Below, piece by piece: positions 61,498-64,000 of a stretch of 64,000 nt of DNA. The number at the start of each line of letters is the position of its first letter. Within the stretch, counting starts at the first letter, position 1. The translations under genes and the position numbers were made by a program. The notes beneath the pieces are model-generated. The model was not told the DNA's origin. It worked only from the letters and a program-made list of their open reading frames with translations, and did no database searches. Origin of the DNA: an uncultured Acidobacteriota bacterium (GTDB lineage: Bacteria > Acidobacteriota > Blastocatellia > RBC074); assembly GCA_963796275.1 (NCBI GenBank), contig CAWCKY010000003.1, positions 1,312,001 through 1,376,000 of the forward strand, written 5' to 3'.

Positions 61498-62364
61498 ATG
61501 CTTGAACGGAATATGCTCTCTACCTTTGTTTTCACAGCTATAGTTATTTTGACAGCCGGTCAGACGGTCATTCAGGCACAGTCGGCTACGGCTGCCCGCA
61601 AAGAGATGTCCAAGGATGAGGTCTATACAAGCATAGCGCGGCGCCTCAACGCGGTAGCTGAATCGCCGGTCACTGCCATAGTAGCTGAGATCGATGGTAT
61701 CCTCGAGGTCGCGAATGTCGCGGCAGAAGCCGATGGGAAGGCGACCGCAACGGTGAAGGAGCGCGCGCCCTCAGATGGAAATAGTAAATCGATCCGCTTG
61801 AAATTCGCGCCTCCCGCCAGCGGCGATCAATGGACGTGGGTGGAGTTCGAAGATAAAGGTAGGTTCTACGCGGTCGACAAGCTATTTCCTTATGTGAAAG
61901 ATGAACTGGGCAGACGCAAACAGGTGACGGACGCCAAATGGGCGGCTTACCTCGGCTCGATCATCAAACAGGGTGATGCGGCTAATAAGCTGCTCGAGAC
62001 CTCTAAATCGGTCATCAAGAGCGATCCGCCTCAGCTCGATGCTCTCAAAACTACCCGGACCAATCTGACCCAGGCTATAAAAGATAATGAGAAGGATGTG
62101 ATCGTCAACGCCTGTCTTGAGCTGACACAGCAGTCCGAATCGATTGTCTCTTTGAGCGATACTCACGGCGAGTTGAAAGCCAACGATGCCTACTTGCGAT
62201 TACTCGAGGAGTATAAGAAATCGGTCGAGGGCTCGAAGGTGGCGCGGAAAGATTACGTGCAAAGCGTCGAGGCGTACAACGAATCGCTCGTGCGTCTGCC
62301 TGTCGCGCTAGCGGCGTATGGTCTTCAATTCACGAAAATCGAGCCGAATATCACGGCCGAGTGA
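61498..62364 (+). CDS. Secreted protein with C-terminal LemA-like segment
   Basis: Signal peptide; ELKANDAYLRL...VARKDY..SVEAYN...LP resembles the LemA C-terminus. Confidence 0.65.
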   Translation: MLERNMLSTFVFTAIVILTAGQTVIQAQSATAARKEMSKDEVYTSIARRLNAVAESPVTAIVAEIDGILEVANVAAEADGKATATVKERAPSDGNSKSIRLKFAPPASGDQWTWVEFEDKGRFYAVDKLFPYVKDELGRRKQVTDAKWAAYLGSIIKQGDAANKLLETSKSVIKSDPPQLDALKTTRTNLTQAIKDNEKDVIVNACLELTQQSESIVSLSDTHGELKANDAYLRLLEEYKKSVEGSKVARKDYVQSVEAYNESLVRLPVALAAYGLQFTKIEPNITAE

Positions 62365-62521
62365 TGACTATCGGTCGCTGCATTCTGCAACTTTTGATTG
62401 TTCGCCGGTCGTATGCAAGGGTGTACTTTGATGGGTGTACATTGATAGGTGTAATTTGATGGGTGTAATCGGTCGAGCGCATCTTGCGTTCGCGCAATCA
62501 ACACTAAGGGGGTATGAGAAG

Positions 62522-62929
62522 ATGAGCGATTATCAGAATGATCCGAATGAACCGCGTGGACCGCTGACTCCGAAACCGCAGCCGCAAACTACGGGGAGCC
62601 GGGCGTCTGAAACGATTGACGATATCACTTCAACCTTACGGGACATCTTCAGCCGCGTACCTGAATCGGTCAATAAAGCAGTCGAACGGGCATTGAATGT
62701 CCGGGATACTACTATTCTGGTACGTTTGAGCGATCCGTCATCGGATGCCGTCGATACACTTGTTTCGGCCGGTATTTTTAAGGGGCGTGCCGAAGCTGCG
62801 GCGTTTTTGATCGACGAAGGAATCAAATCTCAGATACCGCTTTTCCAGCGCATTCAATCCAAACTCACCGAGATCGAGCGCATCCGCCAGGAACTGCGCA
62901 CCAGCGTTTCCCCGGACATACAGAAATGA
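62522..62929 (+). CDS. Small protein with ribbon-helix-helix-like segment
   Basis: VRLSD..SDAVDTLVSAGIFKGRAEAAAFLIDEGI plus coiled coil. Confidence 0.65.
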   Translation: MSDYQNDPNEPRGPLTPKPQPQTTGSRASETIDDITSTLRDIFSRVPESVNKAVERALNVRDTTILVRLSDPSSDAVDTLVSAGIFKGRAEAAAFLIDEGIKSQIPLFQRIQSKLTEIERIRQELRTSVSPDIQK

Positions 62930-63076
62930 AGAGTAGAGGATGGAGGATGATAGATGGAGGCGGGGAGTATACAAGGAGACAAGGGGACCAAGGAGAAGGG
63001 GGAGACAAGGAGAGAAGCGGAAGAAATGGACGCCACGTTCTTTCGTCCGTCCTCCCCTTGACCCTTACCCCTTGTC
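62926..63076. repeat. Composite 7-mer/8-mer palindromic element between convergent genes
   Basis: GAGGATG x2, then AAGGAGAC AAGGGGAC.. // CCCCTTGA CCCTTAC CCCTTGTCTC. Confidence 0.7.
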
Positions 63077-63079
63077 TCT

Positions 63080-63409
63080 TTACCGCCAATTACGATCTTG
63101 CCGATCGTTTTTTTGACGGTAAATTTGTTGACTCGAGCGATTCTGTTGCCGCTGAATCCGTGCCCGCTCGCGCGCAGTGAATTCACCGCCTGAGCGTCGC
63201 GCGTAAGCTTCGTTGACTCTGATTCTGGCTTGCTGTGCCTGAAGACGTCCCGCCTCCCGCCTCGTCAGCTCGCCGCTGCGAACTCCCTGGCTGATTCTTC
63301 CACGCTGATTCTGTTGGCGTTGATTAATGCCCTGTGCCAGTCCCATCAATGGCAATGTCACCGTTATAATCGCTGCTAGAAGAGACAATCTGATCCAAGT
63401 TTTTTTCAT
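63080..63409 (-). CDS. Small secreted Q/R-rich repeat protein
   Basis: Signal peptide; RISQGVRSGELTRREA and SGGEFTARERARI repeats; RBS GGAGG. Confidence 0.75.
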   Translation of the reverse strand: MKKTWIRLSLLAAIITVTLPLMGLAQGINQRQQNQRGRISQGVRSGELTRREAGRLQAQQARIRVNEAYARRSGGEFTARERARIQRQQNRSSQQIYRQKNDRQDRNWR

Positions 63410-63553
63410 GTGACCTCCGCGTCTTGCCGATTAATTCTTAAATTAAACAAGACAATCATACAATTGAGTCTTGGGGTGCACTGTGTAAGACAGTCGGAGG
63501 GATGGAATGGCCGAAAAACTTTTCAATAAATTTTCCACAAAGACAGGGCAGGG

Positions 63554-63653
63554 CATTGTTCATCGTTCATTGTTAATTTTACAATTTGTCATTTTTGTTG
63601 AACTCCATTTCTTCAATGACAAATCTAAAATGACAAATGAACGATGAACAATG
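63554..63653. repeat. Heptameric palindrome (TCATTGT / ACAATGA family)
   Basis: Perfect 18-bp outer arms CATTGTTCATCGTTCATT / AATGAACGATGAACAATG; same family as 17159-17264. Confidence 0.88.
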
Positions 63654-63681
63654 AATCTGCTCCGTCACTCTGCGCTTCTGC

Positions 63682-64000
63682 TCAGTTCCGATGATCCGGT
63701 GGGCTATGTCTCGGTATTTCGGCTTTGAAATCGCCCAGGCTGGGCCAATGCAGGCGGCGGTTCAGGTCCACCTCCGCCACAATCACCGTTCCCCAATTCT
63801 TCGCTTGAGCCAGCGTCTTGCCTTGATGACCGAAAACTCCGGTCACCATCCAGTTGCTGCTGATGTCTTCGTATGTGCTGCTCACGAGATAGACGTGGTT
63901 CTCACAGGCGCGCGCCTGAGCCAGCATAGGATTGCAGCCCCAGACCGGCCACGCGATCACTTCCGCGCCATTGCTGCTTAAACGCCGCGCCACCTCCGGA
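63682..64000 (-). CDS. Carbon-nitrogen hydrolase (nitrilase superfamily), 3' part
   Basis: [27 protein letters not shown]. Confidence 0.8.
   Translation of the reverse strand, partial: PEVARRLSSNGAEVIAWPVWGCNPMLAQARACENHVYLVSSTYEDISSNWMVTGVFGHQGKTLAQAKNWGTVIVAEVDLNRRLHWPSLGDFKAEIPRHSPPDHRN

Noticed and set aside
62854-63186. Short ORFs over the 62926-63076 repeat
   Set aside because: Low-complexity translations produced by the periodic repeat arms

Overview
Gene-dense bacterial chromosomal region. The gene content and style (Oar-like TonB-dependent receptor, DinB and cupin clusters, long-form HflX, many secreted hypotheticals) suggest Acidobacteriota, possibly Blastocatellia; this is an inference. 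Most genes are housekeeping: moeB-thrB-hisZGD-[insert]-hisCBH, cax, namZ, czcD, rnc, lolE, lysS, guaB, typA, lepB, carA, glgC, psuG, a pilIGH-like ABC transporter, lolA, dgoAK and hflX. I saw no rRNA, tRNA, CRISPR array, transposase or prophage. The unusual signal is non-coding. (1) About 18 gene junctions hold long inverted repeats whose arms are built from 7-, 8- or 9-nt tandem units, often starting at a stop codon and ending just before the next start. One of them, between hisD and hisC, carries a four-helix-bundle (TIGR02436/IVP/bAvd-like) gene between perfect 19-bp heptameric arms, suggesting a loaded versus empty element family. (2) Two tandem ~190-bp units with three covarying GC-rich hairpins lie upstream of the TonB-dependent receptor and are a candidate new structured RNA. 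(3) Fur-like boxes and a repeat-rich leader surround a ferritin-like gene and yggX. Five single-base frameshifts are probably sequencing errors; three of them can be repaired by restoring an RGATCY site.
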